NCBI GenBank assembly: GCA_028534125.1
Contig: CM052817.1
Location: 10,728,001 to 10,792,000, forward strand
Source of the DNA: Lama glama
Lineage: Eukaryota
Length of the DNA stretch: 64,000 nucleotides
Reading direction: 5' to 3'
In this document: in pieces, positions 12,695 through 24,390 of the stretch
Layout: the number at the start of each line of letters is the position of its first letter
Numbering within the stretch: position 1 is the first letter of the stretch
The notes under the pieces: generated by a model
What the model saw: the letters and a program-made list of their open reading frames with translations, nothing else
Told to the model about the DNA's origin: nothing
Database searches by the model: none
Program-made: the position numbers and the translations under genes

Positions 12695-13170
12695 AGAAAA
12701 TTCTGACTTAATTGAATTAAACAGCAGGAAATGTTTTCTTTGTCACACAAAGTTCAAAGGTGGAACAGGGATCAAGGGTGGTTTATTCAGCAGTGACTTA
12801 ACAATGTCATCTAAGAGTGAACTGCTTTTCATAACTCAGCTCTTTCATCAGGTTTCCTACAAAATGACTCTGTTTATGGTCTCAAACTGGCTGCTACAGA
12901 TTCAGACATTATATGCAATCTTATATATAGTATGCATATATATACACATATAGAGAGACAAATAGAAACCATTTTTTTCTTCCCAAGATCTCTCTTTTAA
13001 ATCTGAAGAAATGCCATGCAGACCTTCCATGATGCCTAATGGATCAGTTCTGGGTCACATGCCTACCCCTCAACAAATCACTGGCAGAAGGAATAAATAA
13101 ATTGTCATGATTGACTTAGGATGTCCTGAATCATGTGGGAGATGGGTGGAAGCACAAAGAGAGGTCATTG
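12695..13170 (-). mobile_element. MaLR LTR (MLT1J/K-like)
   Basis: 'ttattcagcagtgacttaacaatgtcatc...gggtcacatgcctacccct...aatcactggcagaaggaat...catgattgacttag'. Confidence 0.6.
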
Positions 13171-13778
13171 ATAGTGAGAAAATGATGGGGTCAATGGACT
13201 TGGGGTCTTAATGAAATCAAATTGCTAAATTGAGAGTATGGAAGTAGGTACGTTGGAAAGACAGGAGACAGACAAAGACAGATGTTTGAAGTCAAGGCTA
13301 TGACAAGGTCTAGGGTGTGACTATGACAGTGGGAGGAACTAAAAAGATCATGGAGTTAAGAAATCTGAGAAACCAAGAGACCAATAGAAGCATGATACAT
13401 GGGGATAGTAAAGTCACTCAGTATGGGACAGGAATAATAATAGAAAAGAAATGGTAGAAATCAGTTAGCAATTAAGTGCTTTACAATGAGATCAGTAACT
13501 TTCATATGTCATGTGTGAACACTTATATGACCTACACCAGCACACACTTATGAGAAAAAGCATATGGGATCAGAATTTTACCAGCCTCCAAATGGTCTCC
13601 TTGACTCTAATCTTCCACTCTGTAGCAAAAGTAATCTAACTAAATAATCAATGTCATCACTTTAGCTTTCTACCTAAGGTCTTCTAATACTCCCCAGTGC
13701 CATCAAGATAAAGTATAAACTCTTTAACATGACTAACAAGGCTCCTAGTGTATAATCTCTGCCACTGTCTCTAGATTC

Positions 13779-13920
13779 AGGTGGTTTTTCCAAACTTTTG
13801 ATCATTCATCCTTATCAGAAAAATATTTTTGAACATGCACTCCTAATGTATATCTATCTATATACTAGTATATCAATACATTGTTTTATTATAAGAGATA
13901 TACTAAAATAGAAGTCAAAG
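13779..13920. mobile_element. hAT-Charlie MITE fragment
   Basis: Charlie-type terminus 'caggtggtttttccaaacttttgatc'. Confidence 0.4.
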
Positions 13921-13959
13921 TAAAATATATGAGATGTTATGTGAGTGGCTCCAATATAG

Positions 13960-16900
13960 AGAAGCAAAAGAAACTATTTTTGAAATAGACAAATCCACTG
14001 TTATATTTGGAGACTTCAGCACCCATTTCTCAATAACTGATAAAACAACTAGACAGAAAATCAGCAAAGATTTAGAACTAAACAATGCTATCAAACAATA
14101 AGACCTAATCAACATTTATAGGACAATAGCAGAATATTCATTCTGCTCAGGTGCCCAGAGAATATATACCAAGATAGACTGTATCCTAGGCCATAAAAGA
14201 AACCTCAATAAACTTAAAAGAATTGAAATCATACACTGTATCCTCCAAGCACAATGTAATCAAACTAAAAATCAGTAACAGGAAGAAAAAAGAAAAAACT
14301 CTGAATAGTTGGAAGATAAGCAACACACTTCTAAATAATCTATAGGTCAATCCAATTTCTGTTAAGACAGAAATTATTTTAATATACAAAGCTGAATAAA
14401 AGTGAAAGGACATCAAACTTTGTGAAACACAGCTAAAGCAGAGCTGAGGGGGAAATTTATAGCACTAAATGTAGACAATAGAAAAGATAAAGTCTCAAGG
14501 CAACAATCTAAGCTCCAACATCAAGAAACTAGAAAAAGAAGGGCAAAATAAACCCAAAGCAAGCAAAAGGGAAGAATAAAACAGATGAGAGCAGAAATTA
14601 CTGAAATTAAAAACAGAAAAATGATAGAGAAAATCAATAAAACAAAGAAATAGTTCCCTAAAACGATTAATAAAATCAACACAACTCCAGAAAGACTGAC
14701 AAAGAAAAAGAGAAGATGCAAGTTAGCAATATCAGGACTGAAACAAGGTATTACAGACTTCACATGCATCACAAGGATAATGAGGGAATACCACCGACAA
14801 TTCTACCCATACACATTTGACAGATAAAATGAACCAATTCCTTGAAAAAATACAAATTATCATAACTCATCCAATATGAAATAATTTGAATATCCCTATA
14901 ACTATTAAGAAAATTGAATTTTTAATTTAAAAACTATCCAAAAAGAGATCACCAATTCCAGATAGTTTTACTGCAGAATTCTTCTAAGTGTTTAAAGAAG
15001 AATGAATACCAATCCTACACAATTTTTTTCAGACATAAAAGAGGGAGAAATAATTCTCAATTTATTTTAGAAAGCTAGTATTACCAAACCAAAGTGCAAA
15101 ACAGAAAACTACAGATCTATATTCCTCATGAATACAAACACAAAAAATTTTAACAAAATATTAGCAAAGAGAATTTGGCAATATATAAGAATAATTACAC
15201 ACTATGACCAAGTGGGATTTATTCCAGTGATACAAGGCTGTCTCAATATTTGAAAATCAATCAGTGTAATCTACTATATTAAGAGGAAAAAGAAGAAAAA
15301 TCACACAATCCTATCAATTGACGCAGGAAAAGTATTAGACAACATCTTTTTATGATAATACACTCAGAAAGTTACGACAGATGGGAACTTCTTCAACTTA
15401 ATAAAGAGCATCTTAGAAAAAAAGAAGCTGTTAACATTATACTTAAAGGTGAAAGAAAATGCTTTCCCCTTAAGATCAGAAAGACAAAGATGCTTGCTCT
15501 CACTACCCTTATTCAACAAAATGTTAGAAGTTAGCCAGTATCACAAGAAAAGAAAATGAAATAAAAGGCACTCACGTTATAAAGGAAGCAATAAAACTGT
15601 TCCTATTTGAAAATAACATGATTTTCTACATAGAAAATCTCAAGGTAATCTATCAAAAAATTCCTAGAACCAATAGGTGACTTCAGCCAGATCACAGGAA
15701 ACAAACAAACAAAAACAAACAAAAAAACCCCAAAATTATATTTCTATATAATATCGATGAATATGTGGATGCCAAAATAAAAAATGCAATTCCATTTATA
15801 TTAAATAGAAGAATAAAGAAATACTTAGATGTAAATCTAACAAAGCATGGGTAGAATTTGTATGATGCAAATTACCCCATGCTGATGAAAGAAATGAAAA
15901 AACTAAGTAAATGGAGGGATATAGATTGGAAGACTTAATATACCAATGATGTCAATTCTTCCCAAACACATACAAGTTTAATACAATTCCTATAAAAAAA
16001 CAAAGCAAGATACTTTGTAGATATAGACATAGATTATTCTAAAATATACCCAAAAAAGCAAAGGAATTAGAATCACTAAAAAAATTTCAAAAAATAAAAG
16101 AAATCCACCTACTTGACTTCCAGACTTAACGATCTAGCTACAGTAATCAAGACTGTGTGATAAGGATGAACATGATGATAGACGTCTAGATCTATAGAAC
16201 AGAATAGAAAGCCCAGAAATAGACCACAAATATGTTCAGTGGATTCTAGGGGAAAAAATGAATCAATAAAGGAAAGAGAGCCTTTCTGACAAATGATGCT
16301 GGAGCAGTTGGAAATGTACAGGCATAAAAGTTAACCTCTACCTAAATTTCAGACCTTATACAAAAAATTAACTCAAAGTTGATGATGGAATTACTTGTAA
16401 AACCATAAAACTTTTAGAAAAAAATTAAAAGAAAATCTTTGGGATCTAGGGCTAGATTCAACACCAAAAGCACAATCCATAACAGGAAAAATTGATTGAT
16501 TAATCAAAAATTGATTAATTAGACTTCATCAATATTAAAAACTTATGCTGTGTGAAAGACTGCTTAAAGAATGAAAAGTTCAGCTTCAGAAAATATTTAC
16601 AAACCATACAGCTAAAGAGAGACTAGCATTTAGAATATAAACAGGATTCTCAAAATTCAACAGTAAAAAGGGCATACAGCCCAATTTTAAAATGGCCAAA
16701 ATACGTGGAGAAACAGTCATTAAAGGAGATATACCGATGGTAAAATAAGTGTGTGAATAAGGGAATGCAAATTAAAACCAAGGTGAAATTTCTCAAGTTA
16801 AAATAAAAATTAGTGACAACATCATATATGAGGGAGGATGCAGAGGAACAGAATTACTAATATTTTTCTGGTGTGAATGTAAAACTATACACTCATAGAA

Positions 16901-17000
16901 AAATGGAAGTTTCTTAAAAAGTTAAATATGCAACCACCAAACAACCCAGAAATTTCATTTCTGGACATTTATCCCATAGAAATGAAGACTTATTGTCACA
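13960..17000 (+). mobile_element. Decayed old L1M ORF2 (endonuclease through RT to near C-terminus), no 3' UTR
   Basis: Endonuclease-like IDKSTVIFGDFSTHFSITDKTTRQKISKDLE near 13985. Degraded RT core KLFLFENNMIFYIENLK at about 15594-15645 (consensus KLSLFADDMILY). Many stops and frameshifts. Confidence 0.92.
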
Positions 17001-19655
17001 CTGATCAATGACAAGAAAAAATATAAGCAACCAATGCTATGAAAGAGAAGATGTCACTGAAAATCCTATACACAGGAAAAGGATAATAAGAGAACATTTT
17101 GAATAGAATAATTCTAATAAATGCAGCAACATAGATGAAATGAATATCTTAAAAATACAACTTAACAAAACTGAAAAAAGATAAACTACAAAATCTGAAT
17201 AGATTTATATTTATTAAAATAATTGAATTTGTTATAAAAAAAAACTTTTGACATAAAAATATCTAGGGGCAGGTGATTTCTATCAAACAAGATAAAGCGC
17301 TCTTCTTTAAAGAAGCAATAATAGCAATTCTACACAAATTCCTTCAAGCAAAAAGAAGAGGTGGGACACTACCTACATATTTTATGATAAAAGCATTATT
17401 CTTATATCAAAAACTTTACCAAAAAAATATATACACCAATATCCTTCATGAACATAGATGGAAACCTAGAAAATATAATGTAGCAATACATTAAAAGGAT
17501 AATATATTATGACTAAGTGGGGTTTAAGCAAGTTTGATTTAACATCTAAAAATCAATCAAAGTAACTCACCATATTTACAGAATAAAGAATAACAGTTAT
17601 ATGGTAAAGTCAATAAAGGCATAAAATTCTATATTCATTCATAATAATAGCTCTTGGAAAATTAAAATCAGAAGAAAATTTCTCAATATGATAAAAGGCA
17701 ACTATGAAAAATCTAGAGCTAACATCATACTTAATAGTGAAATATTAAACCATTTTACCATAAGTTAAAAAGCAAATTCAGGTTACTCATTCTTATCACT
17801 TACATTTAATACTGTACTGGAGGCCCTAGCCAATTCAATAAGGCAAGAAAAAAATAAAATGCATAACAAATTAAGAAGTAACATTTCCTTATTTGCAAGC
17901 AATGTAATTGTTTATATAGGAAATCATAAGTCATCAACCCCTATCGCTCTCAAAAAAACTATGACGACTAATAAGTGAGTTTAGCAACGTCTCACAATAC
18001 AGCAAGCAAGGTCAACATCCAACCATTATTTTTTTCTATGTACTATCAGCAAACAATTGGAAAGCAAAAAAAAAATTCTTTTTTTTAATTCCAGTTACAA
18101 TAGTATTTTAAATACTTCAGACATTCAGGAATAAATTTAAGCAATGATTACTCTCTTCTCAGAGAGAAATTTTAAATGACCTAAATAGATGAGAAGATGT
18201 TCTCTGTTTACAGTTTAAAATACTTAATATTCTTAAGATGTTAACAATAAGTCTCTAATAATTCAACACAATCCAAATCATAATTACAGCAGGTTTTAAA
18301 ACAAAAATTTTAAAACTATATCTAGAATTTATATGAAAATGTAAACAACCTAGAATAACCAAATCAACTTTCAAGAAGAATGCAACCGGAGTACTTATAC
18401 TATGTAATTTAAGCTCTACCGTAATGTGTTAGTCATCAGGAGAGTATGGTATTTGCTTAAGGATAGACAAATCAATTAATGAACAGAATGAAATTCAGAA
18501 GTAAGTCCTTTTATATGGTCAATTGGTTTTTGTCAAAGATGTAAAGCAATTCAATGGAGAAGGAAAGTTCATTCAACAAATGGAGCTAACAGATATCCAT
18601 ATAGAAGAAAAATGCCTGCATCCTTACCTTTTATTAGTATACACAAAATTAATTTGAAATAGATTGTAAATCTAAACACAAAAGCCAGAAAGGTAAATCT
18701 CCTAGAAGAAACTATAAGAGAAAATCTTCATAACCTTTTGATAAGCAAAGATTTGTTTGAAAGGATACAGAAACCATGAATCATCAAAGAGAAAAAAATA
18801 TAAATTAGACTTAGTCAAAATTAAAATCTTCTATTCATCAGAAGACATCAAAAAAAAACAGTCAAGACTCTGTGGGAAAGTATTTGCATATATATATCTG
18901 ATAAATGAGTCCTTCAGAATATATAAACTCAATGATAAAAACAAAAATTTTAAATGGGCAAAAGGCATGAACACTGGGCTAAAAAAAGATACAGGAATGA
19001 CCACTCTGCATGTGGAAAAAACTCAAAATTATAATGAGATACCACCACACAAGAATGACCAAAATTACAGTTGCTAACATGAAATGTTGGAGAGGATAAA
19101 GAGTAACTCCAGCATCACCATTTACAAAGTAAACACTTCATCTCCCCGTTGATCCAGCAGCTTCTCTTCTGGGTGTTCATACAAAAGAAATAAAATCAAA
19201 TGTCCACTGAAACTTGCAGAAGAATATTCATAGCAACCTTATTCATAATTGCTGCAATCTTGAAACAATTCAAACGTCCATCAATAGGAGAATGAATTCT
19301 AAATTTGTGGTAAACTTATGCAGTGAAATACAACTTAGCAATAAAAAAGGACAAACTACTGATGGAAACAGCACAGATGAAATTTATAGACAGTATATCA
19401 AGCAAAAAAATCTACACACACACACACCTACGTTATACAAAATACGAGAAGGCAAAATTAATCTATGGTGACAGAAAATCATTGAGTTGTAGTGGGAGGA
19501 TTAAGTTAAAGTGGAAATTTTCCAGATTGATCAAAATATCCCATATTTTGTTAGAGGTGGTTATTTACAATTTTACAAAATTATTCAAAACTAATTGAAC
19601 CAAGTACTTAAGATCTGTGTAATTTTTTGTCTGTAAATAAAACCTCAATACAAAA
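17001..19655 (+). mobile_element. Second decayed old L1M (ORF2 linker, RT, C-terminus, 3' UTR)
   Basis: Restarts at an upstream ORF2 position ('ctgatcaatgacaagaaaaaa...aaggataataagagaac'). Degraded RT core LFASNVIVYIGNHK at about 17890-17930. 3' terminus 'cttaagatctgtgtaattttttgtctgtaaataaaacctcaat'. Confidence 0.9.
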
Positions 19656-20549
19656 GAAGCTAAACTAAGATTAACATTTCAATGAATAATATTGTGTATC
19701 TTCTTCAACATGGTGTTTCATATCGCTGGTTTGCTAATAGCTTAAGCATAATCTGCTCATAATAATTAACAAAAAGTGATGAACATTTATTTCTCAAATT
19801 TGCTCAACAATTGCAATTTTATCTCCGCCATCAGCACCCCCAACCTTCTTTTCTGATCTGGTTAGATGGTCATTGTTTTAAGAGGAGAGGAAATATCGCC
19901 TCTGCCTTCTTGGTCTTCTTTTATGCTTGCTTTGATAGTATTATCTTTAAAACAATTTGGTTTCTTTGTAGGAATCCTTCTAAGTGGCTTGTCCATTTTG
20001 TGAAGGTTAATTTAGTCTTAGTGAGTTAAAACTGCCATGATACAACAAGGCACAGGAAACCCTCAGTGGGCCATAATAGGGTTAAAACAAACAAACAAAG
20101 AGGGCCTTGGCAAGTTCTGCATGCTGCGGGGCCCTGGATCTCCCCATTGGACGCCTCTCCACATGTCAGTGACAGAGTCCCTGCCTGTCTCACTTGGGGA
20201 CTCAAAAGGACTTCAGTACTAATCAGTGGATTAAAACTGAGTAAATCTTATTTTATTCTTAAAAAGAATAAACATAAATGGGGGGTCTGTCTATACCCAA
20301 TGGGGCATCCGTGTGCCCACTTCACTACCGTGCTCTGTTTCTCACCTACCCTGTTTTTTTTTTAATTACTTATCACTTAGGTCTTGGATCTTACTGCTCT
20401 GATGAGTTTCTCTGACTCTTTAGGACTGAGTTAGATGCCTCAGGGCCTTTGCACCAGAAAATGGGCCATTACAATCCAGGGTGAGCCCACTTGTCAATAT
20501 ACTGATTTAGACAACAGAGTTAAACACACTCCTTAAAATTTTCCCTTAT

Positions 20550-21120
20550 TATTTATTGAAGAAATTGATAGCTGATCATGTTTCCTGTGCTGCTACAGGC
20601 ACGGGGGATTCAATGGGGAACCAAACAATCAGATATCCCCCTTCACTCATGGCACTGAAATTCTGGTGGGGCAGACAGACAATGGATAAATAAATAATGT
20701 GGTGAGAAGTACACAGGATAAAAATAAGGTGAGAGAGAATATGAAATCTACAAAGAGTGGGGTTGACAATAATATCAAGTGATCAGGAGGACCTCACTCA
20801 GAGTGTGACCTTGAGCCAAGATCAGAAGGAACCACGTGAATATATACAGGAAAATGGTCTCATCCCTGCTGAGGGAGCAAGGGCAGCAGCAGGGAGAGAG
20901 TGGACAGGTTCAAGATCATTTTCAGAGTTAGAGTCCACAGATCTTTCTTGAGAATGGATTAGATGCGAGGGAGAGCAGGGACAAGGGAAGGAAGAATAAA
21001 GGCTGACTCACAGGCTTCTGCTTTCAGCTAACCTGTGAATGATGGTGCCGCTCAGACAGATGGGGAAGAATGGGGGATAGCAAGTGGGGTGATGTGCACA
21101 CAGCATCAAGAGCTCATATG
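20550..21120 (-). mobile_element. L2 LINE 3' region
   Basis: 'tttattga...tgtgctgctacaggcac...ctcatggcactgaaattctggtggggcagacagac...gatggtgcc...agatggggaaga'. Confidence 0.75.
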
Positions 21121-21192
21121 TGAGCTGTTACGTGTGTAGTGGTCACCTCTGTTAACTTTAAGGACATTCAGGCTCCTAGAGCATAATTTACT

Positions 21193-21601
21193 TGCTGCAG
21201 TAGATTGTCTATGCCTCCTCACTTGCAATGTGACATTGAGACACTTCCAACCAGAGAGGGAGTCTATTTCTATACCCTTTGCACGTGAGCTTAGATGTGT
21301 GACTTGCTTTGTCCAAGTCAGGTATTAGCAAATATGACAAAAGTGGCAGCTTAGAAAGTCATGTTGCCAAGACCATGACCATCGCCATGGGGGCAAGCTG
21401 GGATAGCCTGCTGGAAGATAAGTGACACATGGCCCAGATCACCCTGTCACCCCAACTGACATCACTCCAACCACCAGACACATGAATGAGGAGGTCACCT
21501 TAGACCATCCAGCCTTATCAGAGCCAGCCCCGACCAGGATGTGAGAAATACAAAAATGTGCTTGAATCACTGAATCATTTCAGCAAAGCCTAATTGATCC
21601 A
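21193..21601 (+). mobile_element. MaLR LTR (MLT1G/H-like)
   Basis: 'cttgcaatgtgac...gagtctatttc...gtgacttgctttg...accaccagacacatgaatgagg...tagaccatccagcc'. Confidence 0.75.
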
Positions 21602-24109
21602 CTTGACCTAGATCCAGAGCTGGTGAGTGGCCAAGTCAACAATTGTGGCTTCCTTCTCCGAAATTCACCATTTCTCTATGATTCCTAGACTAGCCTCTTT
21701 GAATATTAGCTCAATCAGAACCAGGAACATTATGGGGCCATGTCCTCCAAGCTGCCGTCTTAAAGCCCGTGTACATTAAAATCCACTCCATTTGTTAATG
21801 TGCAATCTCTCTCTCTCCCCTTGCTGAGACAATGTTGCTGTAAAAGCAACCAACAGAAATTCGATTCAATCTCTGGGGAAATTTATAGAAAAAAAAAATC
21901 TTGCTATGCCAGTGCTTTTTCCATGGCAATATGAAGCATATGGGATCTCCGAAGAAGCATCTATCACAATATGTTGCATTGCAGTGCAGAAATTGACATT
22001 TTTTCCAATTCCTCAAAGCCTAGCTAAGAGAAAATAAAGGTATGAGGTCCAGGCTGCTGCTGACATGCTGTCCCTTTCAAAGCATTTTACTGGTTTAAAG
22101 AAAGGGAAAAATTAAAAACTAAAAAACAAACAAAAATCCTGAGGTCCCCAGATGGAGTCCACTACTGGCCCCAGAAGTCTCTGAGTTGACACCCACACTC
22201 AGAGTGTATTCAAAATTGTAAATAGTGTCCTGGGGTCCAGCAACTGCAGCCCCAACAGAATTCGGGGGCTGAAGCCCCAGATGGAATGGGAAGGAGAGTA
22301 TATTACTACCCGTCCTGGCTTTAGAAATGAGGAGACCTGAGCTCTAGCCCTTGCTCTGTGACAACATCACTGCATGACTTTGGACAAGTCTCATCAGAGA
22401 CATGACCCACTGAGTCATCATTAACCACGGATGCTGTAACACAGGACTCTTTGTTTAGAGCTGGGGTGAGCAGAGGGTCATGTCCCACGGGAAGGGGACA
22501 TGGGAGTAGTAAATTTTGATGTGATGGGCTGAAAGATGTAGGAGAATCTCCTGGGCTGCTGTGAACAGAAGGAACAAGGTTACCCCAATTAGCCAGGGAA
22601 CACAGGGAGAATGCTGGGTGCTTGCAGTTGAGATGCTGGAGGTGAGGAGAAGGACTATGGGATGTGGTGGAGAGCCTTACGGCTGACTGCGCCAAGTGGA
22701 GGTGGGTGTCTCTCGTTAGATCCCTGTCCAGCGCTTTCAACCCTGCTTTCCAGTGAGGAAACGAGACAGATCGTATGTGACTTACTCCAGTCCCACAGCC
22801 AGTAAGTGATGGAGCTTAGCTCTCAACTCATGCTTGCCTGTCTCTAAACCCTACGCTTTTATCATTTTAACCTCCTTGGCATCTCAGACTTCAAAATGAT
22901 GCCTATGAATAGATTCTGAAATATTTTGGAAAGGATAGCCTGGCACTCTCGGGCAGAAAAAAAATGATAGTTCATTAGAAAACATAATTTTAAGCGATGG
23001 AATGGATTCTTTCTCACCTTGCTCCCTTCAGTGGAGTCTCACAGCTTCTCCTTCCTCTCCTGTTCCTGTTATGGAGAGATGGGGAGACCAAGCATTAGTG
23101 CCTGGGGGTCTAAAGACCCGGAATGTTAGGTCCTGCTTGATCGTCCCTGTGATAAACATCTCAATAATGCAGCCAGCACAGCACCTCACTGCTTCCCAGA
23201 GACCCGCGAGATCAGTCCTGGGGCCACTACAACCGGACAGAGAAAACCCCCAGAAATGGCTCTGGGATTGGAAATAATTGTAAAGGAAAGCCTGCCCCTG
23301 GCTTCTAAATCACTTAATCAAAGTTGTCTTCCTAACCTTTTCATTAATATTTGACATTAGATGAAGTAGTTTAATGCTTGTGTGTTTTATGTACCTCAAA
23401 TTAAATGGAAAGCAACAGAAACCTTATTCAAAATGTAAAGGCTATATAAATCCAAGAGTTTTCCAGATCAAAAATAGGTATTCAGTTTGTATCTGGTAGG
23501 TGGGACACACATCCGGAACAACAAATGAGATTTAAGAAAACAACAACACTTGTTGGTAACTGGAAGCCAGTGGGGTTACGAAGTTCAGACCCATAGATGT
23601 TAAGAGGGAGTCGGGGGCTGGGAAGATGGGGAGGAGGATGGAGGGCCTGCCAGGAGTTTTGGAAAAGGCCAGTGTACAAATAGAGTGAGGGCTGATGCGG
23701 GTCCTAAAAAGAGCTTTACTAGAGAGTTCAAAAGAGGGATAAACTGTGAATTCCAACTTTCTCACTTGCCAGACCTGTGATTCAGGCAAGGTAACCTCCC
23801 CTAGCCTCACTGCCTCCGGACAACTGGCAAAGCAGCTTCTCACTTGCCAGGGACATTAGAGGAAGAGATGAGATAATGCTGTTTCCCAAACTCACCTCTC
23901 GAGAAGGACCATGTGGCGCAGCCTGTCCAAATACAGATTCCCAGGCCCCTTTCCTGAAGCTTCTGGGGCCTGGGACTGTGCTTCCAGTGCACTCCAGCAG
24001 CGACAAAACCAGAACAAGGGACTGGGGCTCTGTCTCAATTTCCCGTTCCGTCACCAACACACTCTCACCCTAGTCATTTTGAATCCATATAAATATTTTC
24101 ATTTACTCT

Positions 24110-24390
24110 TATTTTTAATTCTTCACTTTGAAGTAATTTCAGACTCATAAACAAATTGCAAAAAATAGTCTTGAGTTGTCTTATGCTCTTCATTTAGTTT
24201 CTTCAAACATTCATGTCTTACATAACCATACCACAGTAACTCAAATCAGATCATCAACATTAATCCAAGCCCCTTCGCTAATTCACATTTCACCAATTGT
24301 TCTGTCACTGTCCTTTTTCTGGTCAGGGATCTAAGCCCAGCAAATTCAAATACATTAAATATGATGTGATGCCTCTTCTAGACAAGTCCC
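24110..24390 (-). mobile_element. Old L1M 3' end fragment
   Basis: 'ttgaagtaatttcagactcata...aattgcaaaaaatagt...tcttacataaccata'. Confidence 0.65.

Noticed and set aside
13960..19655. Reverse transcriptase / endonuclease as an active or domesticated system
   Set aside because: Catalytic FADD motifs are destroyed (FENN, FASN) and the frames are full of stops and frameshifts.
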